A stretch of DNA of 62,345 bases, the filler included, from Sphacelaria rigidula (taxonomy: Eukaryota), in NCBI GenBank assembly GCA_964200075.2. It is 4 parts of 4 records of this genome, joined end to end, with 100 filler letters (N's around TTAATTAATTAA, not from the genome) between each part and the next. Parts side by side here need not be neighbours in the genome. Positions count along the whole stretch, not along the records: positions 1 to 15,514 come from CAXNAA020001716.1; 3 more parts are not named here. One strand, 5' to 3'. A program made the translations under genes and the position numbers. Under the pieces are notes generated by a model, which ran no database searches, was not told the origin of the DNA, and worked only from the letters and a program-made list of their open reading frames with translations. This document shows positions 1 through 12,400 of this stretch, in pieces. The first letter of the stretch is position 1, and every line of letters starts with the position of its first letter.

Positions 1-239
1 GGGGTTGGGGTGGGGGGGGGGGGGGGGGGGGTGGTGGGGGGGGGGATTTACCGCAATAGTCAGCTCCAAGCGCTCGTGGCGAACGATACAATAGTTGTTG
101 GCGCGAGCAAGTCTCTCTGACCCGGCAGTGGTAACTCTCGAGTATCCCTCCGTAGTCCGGACTCTCCCATGTACAGTACTGCGCGGGACATGCGGGCTTT
201 GGGAAAAAGCGCTGCATTATTGTACTCCCCTTAGCTTCC

Positions 240-1050
240 GATTGATGGGCAAGTTTATCAAGCAGTCCCCGACACTACTGCACACGATCCATTCGAAATT
301 ATTCACACCTCGGACAATATATGGTCAACGGACGCAGAAGATAAAAAAAGAACCGGATACAGTATGAGCCTATTGCAACTACTGTATTGTCGGACCGATC
401 CGACAAAGGTTCCAATAGACCCATCCTTTACCCAGTACATTTTTGGTCTATTGCATCTGTCGACCATATGTTGTCCACGGGATGAAATTATTGTTAGAAA
501 CAGAGATCCGCCTGTCGTTTCCATTTATAGTTCTCACATTCGGTAGTAGATCATCAGATCCTGGTGGTCACGAAGAAAATACGCACATACATGATGGCAC
601 ATACTCGCATCTCTGCTCAATGACCAAGATATGCTGCCAGCACTACCACGCTCGTTGAATCGTGTGTAACATCTCCAATGATCGAGTTTGAGCTTCACCA
701 CGTGCTGTTATTTCCACCACACTCATTAGCGCGTGTGTAGTACCTTCAGATTCAGCCTCGCCCTGCATCGGTGTCTGGTCTTCCTCCAGTGTCCCGATAC
801 TCTGAAGACAAGTTACTACAGCACTACTCAGCACTATTCTGAAGTCCAGCAGTTCGAACACTCCACACAAAGATCATGTAGTCAGTAGAATGTTCACTAG
901 AATCAACTAGAATAGTTCACATACGCAACAACGCTAAGATGAAGTTCTTGGTACCATCTACCCCACGGCCCGAACCCCTATTCTTCTCTAGATTTTGTTA
1001 GTATTCTGAGCGTATCTTTTTTTTCAAACAACAGATCTACCCCTTAACCG
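240..1050 (+). mobile_element. Degenerate interspersed repeat, copy A (inverted relative to copy B)
   Basis: Aligns by eye to the reverse complement of 6040-6230 and 4830-5155, e.g. tgtctggtcttctccagtgtcccgatactc / tgtctggtcttcctctagtgcccagatactc and ctgaagtccagcagt / ctgaagtccagtagt. Confidence 0.65.
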
Positions 1051-1718
1051 CGCCTGAATTTCGTCATGCTTTTGCAGAGTCCCTTTCTGTGTCTGCGCGA
1101 TGACTGTCGGACTTGCAATAATACATGGATTGGACACGCGAACGGGTATGCGAGCATACTGTGTACGTACAGTGCAGCTTGCCAACTACCGCGATACTCC
1201 GTGACAGGGCACCGTTGTTTCTGGTTCCCGCAGCTACCGCGATAATTTCACTTTACTGTTTACGTTCCACAGTCGTCCGGCCCCGTATCGTCCGTTCCGT
1301 ATTGTCGAAAAAGCACACACCGAAGTACCGTATCGTAGGATCCACGATATTATAGCAGAATGTCGCACTGTACAGGAACCAGACACCGTGTACCGAAGTG
1401 ACATCGCCAAAGTCAAGTTCGATACCATACCGTCTACAGTGTCACTTGTTCTAATGCCGGTTCCGAGGAAACCCCGGGTTTGTCTACGGTGCGGCTAAGT
1501 CCCCAATGCAGCGGCAGCATGGCAGCACTTGTATTACAGCATCTCTCGAACAGAGCCAATCGACTATCCATGTCGCGCATGCCCCCGCCCCAGTCAAGAG
1601 CACAAGAGCGAGAGCACGAGGGCAGACAATCAATCACTGGTGGCTGACTATGCTTGATCGTCCTCGCCCCCTTTCCCGTGTGCTGTATCCGGTATGTTGT
1701 GCTGACCAAACATTCCAG

Positions 1719-2261
1719 ATGATCCGCCTCATCAGGGGATGCCTGCACCCCGATCCAGCGATGCGATTGGGGACTAGAGACATCATGGCGCGCCTGGACG
1801 CGGCCATCAGGAGGCAGCGCTTCAGCGAGGCTCTGGTGGTCGCGTACACCGCTGGGCTGGAAACAGCGGCTGTGTCAGCAACAAAAGCAGCAGCGCCGAC
1901 AACAGCAGCCGCTGGGGCCAGAGCAGCCCAAGGGGCCGTGAGCGGTAGGTGTTCTCGTGTGACCCGGGTCACCGGTCCTTGTGGAGGCGTCGGTGTGACT
2001 GGTCGTGTAGTCGGCGGAGGTGTGGGAAGAATGGTTGAGGCCCAAGGACCGGGGCGGCAGCGCCGCGAAGCTATCGCACACAGCGTCGTGCCAGCAACCC
2101 ACAGGGCACCACCAGCACCACCAGCACAGGGTGCGGGAGGGGGGCGGGAGGGGGGCGGTACAGGCGGGAACCGGAACCGGCCACGCCGTGCCCCCGGACG
2201 TTCATCCTCACGACGGGGTGCGAGAGCAGGGTACCAGATCCTGCCCGACCTGTGGGTCTGA
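1719..2261 (+). CDS. Terminal exon of a protein kinase gene (subdomain XI plus Ala/Gly-rich tail); upstream exons not found in the window
   Basis: Acceptor cattccAG at 1717-18, then MIRLIRGCLHPDPAMRLGTRDIMARL (kinase CLxxDPxxR motif). GC-rich coding-like composition, open to TGA at 2259-61. Only one kinase motif is visible. Confidence 0.55.
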   Translation: MIRLIRGCLHPDPAMRLGTRDIMARLDAAIRRQRFSEALVVAYTAGLETAAVSATKAAAPTTAAAGARAAQGAVSGRCSRVTRVTGPCGGVGVTGRVVGGGVGRMVEAQGPGRQRREAIAHSVVPATHRAPPAPPAQGAGGGREGGGTGGNRNRPRRAPGRSSSRRGARAGYQILPDLWV

Positions 2262-2953
2262 CTGCGCGTGTCGACCGTGTGGAACTCATGTACCAGGCCC
2301 AGCGTGAGGCCGTGAGAGCAGCAAACGCAGCAGCACAGGCAGCACAGGCGGCACAAACGGCACACGCGGCGCAAGGTGCGGGGGCAAGAGGGTACGAGCG
2401 GGCACCGGCCGCGCGGTTTCGCCAGATGGCGATCCCTAACGCGGGATGTCGGGTGGCAGACCCCACGGCACGGGTCGATGTGGCGATGGGTATGGACCGT
2501 GTACAGTCGATGATGGAGGCCCAGCGCGAGGCTGTCAGGGCCGCAAACTCCACAGCAGCGAACCGCACGCAGCACCAGCGGCACCAGCAACACTAGGTGC
2601 GGGGGGCGGTGCGTACGCTGTCGCTGCTATGGAGTTTGCGGCCCTGACAGCCTCACGCTGGGCCTCCATCATCGACTGTACACGGTCCATACCTATCGCC
2701 GCATCGACCCGTGCCGTGGGGTCCACCACCCGACATCCCGCGTTAGGGATCGCCATCTGGCGTAACCGCGCGGCCGGTGCCCGCCCGAACCCTTTTGCCC
2801 CCGCACCTTGCGCTGCCTGTGCCGCCTGTGCCGCCTGTGCTGCCTGTGCTGCTGCGTTTGCCGCTCTCACGGCCTCACGCTGGGCCTGAAACATTAGTTC
2901 CACACGGTCGACACGCGCAGTCAGACCCACAGGTCGGGTAGGGTTTGGTGCCC
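2229..2953. repeat. Long inverted repeat: arms ~2229-2561 and ~2621-2953, ~59-nt loop
   Basis: The left arm (cccgacctgtgggtctgactgcgcgtgtcgaccgtgtggaact...gccgcaaactccacagcagcga) is the reverse complement of the right arm with scattered substitutions. ORFs 2252..2596(+) and 2535..2930(-) give near-identical peptides. Confidence 0.95.
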
Positions 2954-4544
2954 AGCACCAGCGGCACCAGCAACACTAGGTTCGGGGGGCGGAGGGCACG
3001 AACGGACACCGGCAGCGCGTTTTCCGCAGGTGCCTGTCCCCAATGCGGGTGGTGTGGCGCCAGGTCGTCAGGCAGTCTACATGGGCGAGGTGAGACAGCG
3101 CCAGGCGGCGAGATAGGCAGCGGCTCCCCACGAGAGACAAGCCGCCGAACTGTCATCGCGCCGGGCACGGGCCATTGCGACGGCGATCAGGGGTAGGTCA
3201 GGTGATGGTTCTGCTCTCGCGGTACAGCAGTAGAAGAGGGTCGACCACAAGCGATCATGAATGAAGGGCAATCGAGCGGGGCCACTTCTTACAAGTGATG
3301 GCTGCCAGAGAAGTGGAGGATATGTCGCTGCAGGGGAGTGGGGGAAAAGACTCCGCGGCGACAGCATTTGTGTAGCATCCACTCATCGGGACAGAGGTGT
3401 GGGAGAGTGGTGTCCTTCGGTTTGCTGCATGGGAGTAATGATGAATGCACGCCGAAACGTCGTTCGTGTGGTGTTGACTAGGCTTGGTGTGGTGGGTATA
3501 CTGTACCCTGGAGCTATCGCTGATGAAGATTTGTGTTCGTTTGCATGTGGCGTCCTGTGAGGTTGTTCCAAGTGTTGAGCTGATTGTATTGTGTTGGAAC
3601 ACAAAAGAAGATGTCTTGTGGTTGTGGAAGTACTTTTCGTGGAGTGAACCAACGTGGAGTGAGCGTACGCTGTCCTAGCTAGCTGTGTTTTGTTGTGAGT
3701 TTTTCTCAGTGCTGTGTTTTGTCCTTAAACGAGGCATGGATGTGATCCTGACCTACATGCGTTTGCTCCATGACCGCATGTGGCTCTCTCTATTTCAAGA
3801 GATGAAGCTAGCATCGTTCGGTTACCGACTGAGGTCATAGGAAGAAGCAGAATGGCGACGTGACCTGCAAATATTGTCATGGTCTATCCGTTTTGACTCA
3901 GGTTCTAGTTCACGTGATGTACAGTGGCTGGTTGGTGCCCCCTTTGGTTCTAGGCCCAGATGATGAAAATGTCCTCAATGAGTGCATGCAAGAGCATCTC
4001 GCAAGACGTGAAGGCCAGGCTGGTGCAGTTTTGCGGGTTAACGTGCGAGTACCCTGCCGTCGGCCGTTTGTTGCCGTCTTGTATTGTTCACCCATGTATT
4101 CCTTTCTGCCGCCGGCTTGTCGTGGAGAGTTTCGTGTGCAGTGGTATTCATGCCAATACGCAGCGATTTGACAGCATGCCTTTGTGTAAGTATGCGGTGT
4201 GAAGTCCGTCATCAGTGATTGTTGTGGTGGTAGGTCAGACATTTATTGTTGTACCTAGTGGTGGTATATCTTGATGGTGCGTGAGGTTCCTAGCGTACAG
4301 TGCAGTGAGTATGCCGTACAGAATACGACATGGTGTAAATAGGACAGCACAATATAATACCGAGTACACTCGCCATCCTCTTCGCGTCCTACTTGCAAGC
4401 CCCCTCCCTTTTCACGGTACCTGCATGATATTGGATATTGGGGTGTCGGTGACTGGATGGGCACTCCCGCACGTCGTGGACTCTTGTCGGATTTCGTTTA
4501 CTTTACTCGCACCCTCACAGTTTCTACGATGGAAATCAGGAGTC

Positions 4545-4642
4545 GTCCAAATAATTGGCGGCATCTGTCGGGGTTCGAACCTGTAACCCCAAGAGTATTC
4601 TCGCACTGGTCATTTCCCACTGGTTCGACCACTGGGGCACGT
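4545..4642 (-). mobile_element. tRNA-derived SINE-like head (not a functional tRNA)
   Basis: The minus strand reads gccccagtggtcgaaccagtgg...ggttacaggttcgaaccccgac, with a B-box-like GGTTCGAACCC and a weak A-box. No complete cloverleaf. Confidence 0.3.
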
Positions 4643-4829
4643 TGGCTGTATCCTGTGGAGTCAATGGTTGGATACATTGGAAAAGTATTCTGTACACTGT
4701 ATGCGTTGTAATCGGGTGTGGTGCTCGCAAATAAGGCGGTGCTGGTCAGCTGTAGCGTTATCGGGGTTCCCGGCGTGAAAGCTGGTGGGACGGAGGTACT
4801 CTTTTCGAAATAAATCTGGGTCCTCAGGT

Positions 4830-6230
4830 GTGGGTCAGGTCTGTCAAAAACAAGTATATGCTGAAATACTGAGATGATATGAAAAGAAAGGAGACGGGGG
4901 GGTATAGACCAGTGCTGCGTTCTTCGTGATTGTGTAGCGTGAGTTAACCACGTTGGTTTAATGTGGATTCTCACAGCTACTTGTTTTTGGTGTCGAGTGT
5001 ATCGACTACTGGACTTCAGTGTAGTGTCAGGTAGTGCCGTCTTGATTTCGGAGTATCTGGGCACTAGAGGAAGACCAGACAATAATGCGTGGCGTAGCTC
5101 AATCTCGACTTTTAGAGGCGATACACATGATTCAGTGAGTGTGATACTGCTATCATTAGTGAAAATATTAGAGTTGTGAACTGTTTTGGCTAATCACTTA
5201 ACTGGTTGCAGAAAATTACAACCAGTTACACTTAACAGGTAAAAGGACTTCGCCAGCGTTGCCTGGTAAGGCAACGCGGCGGAGTCGCCTGAACGCCCCC
5301 CCCCCCGGCTAGTGAGGGGGTCCCGCCGGAAGCGCCGCCGGAGGCAAGAAAATTACGCCATTTGGCTTCACATCTCTTCAAAATCGCGGTGAATTCTAGC
5401 TGCCTACCGCCAGCAGTTCGAGCACGTGATCAGTGCACGAAAGTATGCGCATGGGTAAAAAAGAAGTGTCACTGAACCTTTGCGACGGTAATTAAAAAAA
5501 CGAAGCGGTGAGACAGTAGTGCACCATACATAGCGTTCCGCGTGTACCACCCAAGCGCCAGGAACTACTAGTAGCATGACAACTTGGTAACATTTTCCAG
5601 TGTGACTTCATCACTTCACACCTGATCGACAGGAAGAGCACCGCTGCCTGAAGTTGTGGGCTCCTCCATTTCTGACATGTCGTCCTCGCTTCCTTTGTCG
5701 CTGCTGATACTGCTACTCCTGCTCCTCATATCAGAGTACATTGTCTATGATATTCGTGTCCACATCTAGGTATATGCGCTGTGCGGTCATGTCGTCGCCT
5801 CTGTAACAGCACCCCACGGTCATTGTAGTACGACAATGGTACGGAAATACTTATATGAGTATGGCACATACTTACATAGAACGCTTTGGTGTATGACATG
5901 TATGTCGGGTGCAATGACTGGTTCAACTGGTTACGAAACCGGTCAGTTAACCAGTTGTACCAGTTAACTGTAACTGACCAGTTGAACTCGCAGCCAGTTC
6001 ACAACTCTAGGAAATATACATACGTACAGTACATCGATAGAGGGCAAAGAGATGCGTGCACGTACCAAGATGTGCGTGGATTCTTCATGCCCAGCGGGGT
6101 CTGATAGTTTACTATTATCATTGAACGTGAAGATCATGACTTGAAGAAACAAGCGGGTCTCTCTTGCATCATTTTCGAATGAATCGCGTGCAATGGTGTA
6201 GGGTTCTTCGAAATTGACCACGGGTCAGAT
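4830..6230 (-). mobile_element. Degenerate interspersed repeat, copy B, interrupted by a ~0.8-kb insertion (~5190-6000)
   Basis: Mirror-order homology to 240-1050. The interrupting segment has AACTGGTT/AACCAGTT palindromic motif clusters at both ends (5199-5230, 5917-6000), suggesting a nested MITE-like element. Confidence 0.6.
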
Positions 6231-6372
6231 GCATGTGCCTCCACCGACCGAGTCGTTGTCTCCTCACTACGTGTTTTTCTTGTGCATACACATGGCGCTG
6301 CAAGACATGCACTCATGCGGTGCCCTTCAAACGGGACCCCGAACCAAAACGGCGCAAACTAGTGTTGAAATA

Positions 6373-6467
6373 GTGTACTCATGACCTTACATGCCGTAGT
6401 CATCTGCTCATTGACCTCGCATCCCTACAAAGCCAGGGCGAAGCACGCCCGGGTTTTCGCCGGACCA
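6373..6467 (+). repeat. Short dispersed repeat family (core CATTGACC-CGCATCCCT), copy
   Basis: gtgtactcatg...cattgacctcgcatccctacaaagcc...gcacgcccgggttttcgccggacc; matches 15447-15514 and the reverse complement of 31227-31320. Confidence 0.85.
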
Positions 6468-9400
6468 GGCTCCCACTCGATCACCAAGCGCGAAGCGCCG
6501 TGGTGTGTTCCGCGAGTCGCATGAAAGATGAGCTGCATCCTGCTAAGACTGTTCGGCCCGAAGCCTACTGACTATCTTGCATTTCGATGACAGCCTACAA
6601 TGAGTTGCTTCATGTTCTGGTGTCGTCACTTCCAGACACAGACACGGCTTATACACTGCCTCATGGGTGTCTCACCATCAGGAGGTGGTATGAGAATCGG
6701 ATCCGGGACCAAATCGTATCAGTTGCAATTATTGCGACGGTGGACTAGATGGGCACATCGGCCACTGGTCGAAGTATTTATCCGGGATCTGGATTGGAGA
6801 TTCAGATTCCGATGACAACGGGTCAGACAGAAAGGACTCAGCATCGGAAGCGACCAATGATCATGACGATTATTTCGCGTCATGGTTCAATCTGCCGGCA
6901 AATTTGAAAACATTTTTTCTGTAGATAGATTGCACGCATAGGTCTGTACTATTCAAGGTTGTCTTCTCCGGGAGGTACTCATCAACCGTGCCTCTTGTAC
7001 GTAGTGATGATGAGCCGTGCATGGTGTGGTGTGCCCTTGGGCCCACAAGTTTATCAGGGCTGGACTGGCGACGTCGTTCGGCGAATCACCGGTTTTGCGT
7101 GAGGATAAATATGAATCTTAGTCGAACCACTGTATCGACCCAAAACCACAAATATGAACCAAACCCAGGCATCCAGCCAAACCTCCCAAATACTGCGCGG
7201 CACTTCCAAAGCATGCACGTCCACTCTGTTCGTTGGGTGGTATCGATTGCATTCCGACAGCGAGCGAACTGCTGGGAATCACTGGTATGACCAATATACT
7301 GAACACTGGGGACAGTTTCGGATGATGTTCTTCATCGCTCCCTCTTCAATATGCTTCACATTGAATCGTCTGCACCGAACCGGGCGGTCGATGTGACCAC
7401 CTGTCTTCCGAACCATTCATTGGTGCTATTGCCGCAGTATCACCCTCTTGATACCGGGATGTTACAGTCTCACTGATGACACAAGGAGTCGACAGTACGC
7501 GCGTGCGTGTGGCCGTCATATCTTGCGCGGCAATCCCCTGAGCACGCTTCACGCGCCACCCCAGCGACAACGACATGGACATATTCGTCACGTATTTCGT
7601 GCTGGCGAGCAACGCTGATGTTTGCATGTATTACTACAATACAGCTGAAGATATTTCCGTCATAAAACAAATCACCTGAATCCAGCGCAGCTACCGCCTG
7701 CTTACTTTGGATACCAGCTATGATCTGATGCGCAGGTACACCGCATCTCACATGTTGCAACAAGCCCTACCCAAATGGCAATATCTTCACACACATACAG
7801 TAGTTGCTGCAGAGGCAAATCAAGTTCCTCTGTGTAGCTAAGATATATGCCCACCAGTCCTCCAGGCTCTGGCAGCGCAGACCCTTGCCGCAGATGCAAA
7901 TATCGAGGTAGAGTGAACGTCATACTGAAAACGTGGCACTGTCCCGAGAGTTGATTGGTGCAATCTTGGCCTTGAATGATGACTAGCTGCTAGTTGTACT
8001 GCCTGTAGAGGTTCGGCTTGCTGACATTCGTGCAGAATCAGTATTCTTCGACCGCGTATCGGACGGGCATATTGGATAATAACTTCCTGGTTTGTACGCA
8101 TTTCCAAAACTATCTGAGCTGAGCTGAAAGAGGTATCCATCGTTGGTCTGTGCGTTGTTGTGGGTGGTATCGAGCCAGACGTCATCGAGGACATCATTTC
8201 AGAGACGCTACAGCTGTGCATCGTCATTGTTATTTTGAACCCCGCCCACTTGAATGACTCCTGAGTCTTGTTTTGGGGTGGTGTTGAAGCGCGTGACACC
8301 AAATCGGACGGAACACTGCCATCGTGTGAAAATCATGCTGTGCCGTTCTACGGTAACGCAGTAGCGCATTTCCCCCCATCATGATCATGGTCGCAGCGTA
8401 GCGATCGTGACACTAGTACGTGATTTCACAAATTGAGGATGGATTCTTTCTCCGCGGATCGTAAAATCATAAGCATCGGAATATTTTCGGAATAAAATTT
8501 CAATGGCACTCTGCGGCGGTGATGACTGGGTTTGCTAGTCCTCACAATAATCCATCCGCGGATCGTAAAATCCCGTGCTTATACCCTACAATTCCGACCT
8601 CTGTTCATTTGTCAGAATCCCCGTCAACACGGTGTATTTAAGGGTTGCCGGTGTATTTGTTTTCAAGGATGAGCGACGCCACACGTCACGGCCGGATGGT
8701 GCATTTGCATATTGTTTTCGATAATATTTCGATGACTATTGAGGTTCCCAAGATTTATTCTTGACAAAAAAACACATCCTCAATTTGTAAGATCCCGTGT
8801 TAACTGTTGTACCGTTCTGCTTCAGAAGTCGAAATCCATCTCAAAATTAACTCAGCTTCGTTGAACTCACTCCATGTAGATGGTCGTTTGAACCCGGGTG
8901 CAGGTTCACGACATGCGCCCCTTATGTTACGGGGGCAACTAGCAGCGATGTACATCTTTGTGCATGGACAACGCACCCCACAGAATTACACTTGACCCAC
9001 GACCGCAGTCAGCAGGATTTTGCTGTTCAAGGCTTTGGCCGAACCGCCATGTATGCAATACTACGCACATCACGTTTTCTTCTTGCAGTTGAGGCACTTC
9101 AGCACCGAGCATTTTACTTCGCAGACCGTACAGTGCTCTGCACTGCGCTGCTGCTTCGATGCACTGTGCTGTGCTGTCTGTGCTGTCTTGTACTCCTGTG
9201 CTGTCTGTGTTTTGTTGTACTGAACTGGGCTACGAGTGCTACGAGTATACTTCGTACTGTTTGTACTTGTAGTCCACTCGTATCTGTATCCGGTATCCCG
9301 CAATCTACCGTAGAGCACCATGCACTGCTCTGTACGTGGAACAATCTTGACCTGTTCGAAATTCATTCAGTTAACTCGTTTACTCGTTTCATCTGCGGCA

Positions 9401-12400
9401 CGGATAAATTGCAGCAAATGATTCGTCTATGGAAAGCTTGTTCTTTCTAGATGATAAAAACTTCTCCCGTGTCTCTGCTTGTGGCGTCTCGCGAGCGCGA
9501 TGCTCTTCCATACAACGGGGGGTCAGGTCTCACGGGGGGGGGAAGGGGGGGGGGGCACGGATTCTACGCTTCTCGTTGCAGACAGCACTTTCACCGTTGT
9601 AATTCAAGAGAGGAATTTTCCGCCGATATTTCAACATACCTTGATCGTCCACACGTGTAGCCTTTCCGCCTGGACAACGCTGCCTCGTCAGCTACTGCAT
9701 GTGCAGCACGTTCGGCACCTCCATGCGAAATCGGCGTTTCGTCATTATCCATTGTTCCTCGCGGAGGCGTTAATTATAGCATAACAAAACTGCTGGTCCA
9801 TGCAGGCCGAATATTCCTATTCAGACGTCATGGGTAGGGTGTTGCCGTTCATCAGATGCCATCACCTCAACCCTGCGCACAACGTTAACAACAAGACCGA
9901 CTGCTTAGAGCACTCAAACCAACAGCAGTGTTGCGCCAAAAGAAGGAAATAGTCAAATGTATGCCGATTTTCGCGTACAAGAGTCATCGTATAAAATATC
10001 AGCTCAGAGGATCCTCAAAGTATAATCCACACGAGCCAGGAGCCCTTGGGAAGGACCTACGGCCCAACACGCGGCATATCTGAAGAGCTATGTTCAAGGC
10101 TGGATCGTCGGCGCAAGTTACAGGCTGAAACCGTGATTGTGTCCCGCGTTCGGTGGCGTGTATGGTGTTGCTCGGTACGGGTGCCGTGCGGGCCCCACGG
10201 TACGCCGATAGTTGGCGGCCACGGTTCGCGTTTCCACCCGCCACCACGCCTAGGGTGTAGTATGTGAACTGTGCAATCCGTCTGAAAAAGAAGCATCTCA
10301 ATTGCTTTCAGCATAAACGAAAACGGCATGATCGTTTGCATGCATGCCTGGCGGCGCAGCTGGTGCCTTTCAAACTTGTAAACTCCGTCTCGACCATCAT
10401 AAAACGTAGTATAATCGCCGATGCGATGTACTGTCTGTCCTGTCTGTACTGCATTTGATACTAACCAAACCGCATCTGATACGCGGCGTAACCAGGGCGT
10501 AACCGACTCCCGTGTTTATTTGGATACTTCCCTACCGTAAACTTCCAATTTTCAGGGCAACTTTCGTTGTGGATTTCTCGCCTGCGACTTCGCGTTTCCC
10601 CATAAAACTTTGCGCACGAGTCGCACACAACACAGACAACATATGCGCCAAGCGCCCGCACGATTGGGCCCCGGACAAATTACTAACAAAGCCACGAGCA
10701 ATTTCGGGGAATGCTGCCGATGCGCCCTCAAACCGGCTATCCCACAGTTCAGACTTTGTGCACTGGAGATGAATGCATATATGCTCACGCACGTCCACTA
10801 GCTTCAACATGTTAAGCGGCTGGGCGGCCGATATTGTAGCAAACTGACACCCGTGACCCTTTTTGGATCATGACCACCGGTAGTGTACAGATCGGCATAA
10901 TGCCTGCGGGGGTGTGCAGTTCATGACGCACGGTCCTATGCGCGCTGTAGACGCTGAAAGGTGCTGTAACTTCGGTCATATGTTATAAGAACCACAGTCA
11001 ACAGTTCCACACCATTCTCTCTGGTGTTGCGCGTTGCAGCAGTGCGCACAAGGGGGAGAAGCGGTCAATTTATGTTCCGAAAAATGTGTTTTCTTCTTCT
11101 TTATGGCGCAACACGGCAGAGATTAACACGAGAGCCCCCGACTGCCGACGGCAGCGTCAGAAGCTTTCGACATTCACAGGATTCTAACACTCTGTGTGCT
11201 GTAGTGTACATTTTACATCCCACAGGGACCACTATAAATACAACATGTTTGGTAGTGGCCACGAGCATAAGAGCGGACGCCAGCTCGCCGCCAGGTGGCC
11301 GTGCGCACAAGACGCAGGCCAACTACCTCAACCGCACGGAACACCTGCACACAACGGCGGTGTACGCACCACACAAGACGTGAGAGTCACCGTGTCGCCA
11401 CACTCACTTCTGTAGTGCTGTACTTCGTTGTGTATCGACCTCGTCAGTCAGATTGTCAAAACATTGACTAAAATAGAGGTTATCGTTTCATTCGGATCGA
11501 TCCATTTGATCGTCGTTCTCTCCGCACGACATATACTACTACTGGAGCGGCTACATGAGATAAACGGTGGCAGGGGGTGCACTGGGGTACAAGAGACAAG
11601 GGAACTGACGGAATAGTTCGAGTCCACCCCAACGTTCTACTCTGTACCTTGGCAGGCTGTGTTTCGTTTCGGTCGACGAGGTTCACCTTGGCAGGCAAGG
11701 TACGTAGAGAGATGGCGCTCTTGCCAGGCCAGGCTTTTTCGGTGGCAAATTGATGCGAGTCTTTACCGCCGGATCATGTGTCGACTTGGCGGGAAAAAGG
11801 ACTGGGGTAGGAAGAAAGCCCGGCATGTCGCTGTGAGTCGCCTGCCACCACGGCGCTGGTAACATCCTTGACTGACGTGTTTCTATTACGCTTGGTGGAT
11901 ACACTGTTCTATCAAAGCGTTTAAGTCTGCACAGCATTAAATTCAAAATTTCACAGGGGAAGAAGGTGTTTCAAGATCAGTTGCACAAGAGTAGTATCTC
12001 AAACCTCACCCTTCAAGTACAGTACAGAGTGCGACAGATGTTGTAGTAACCCTTGGACAGCGAGCGTCGTCTCGGAACAATTTCACAGGCTGACAGTCCG
12101 GAGACATTCGGGGGCTTCCAGTGACCGGGGTGTGTGGTTTTCGAGGCGAGGGGGTGCCTGTCTGCATAGGAACCGAAGAGCTCACCAAGTCAACCATGTG
12201 TGTTTGGAACTTTTCCGCGGAAAATTGTGAGCCGTGCGTGAGGCCCGAGAGGCGCGGGGTGCCCATCCTGACCAATCACTGTCGTCAAAATGAGCACGCT
12301 CTTCCGGTTCGGGTGGACTACATTGGGCAAATTCGCTGTCTACCCCCACGACTCATTTTCGTCATGGGAGATCAACCATAGATTACATAGGTACAAATAA

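Noticed and set aside
1..44. Telomere or G-quadruplex element
   Set aside because: Irregular poly-G at a contig edge with no TTAGGG-type unit; similar G runs flank the dispersed repeats.
1634..2593. 319-aa minus-strand ORF as a gene
   Set aside because: Antisense shadow of the GC-rich kinase exon and inverted repeat; no recognisable domain.
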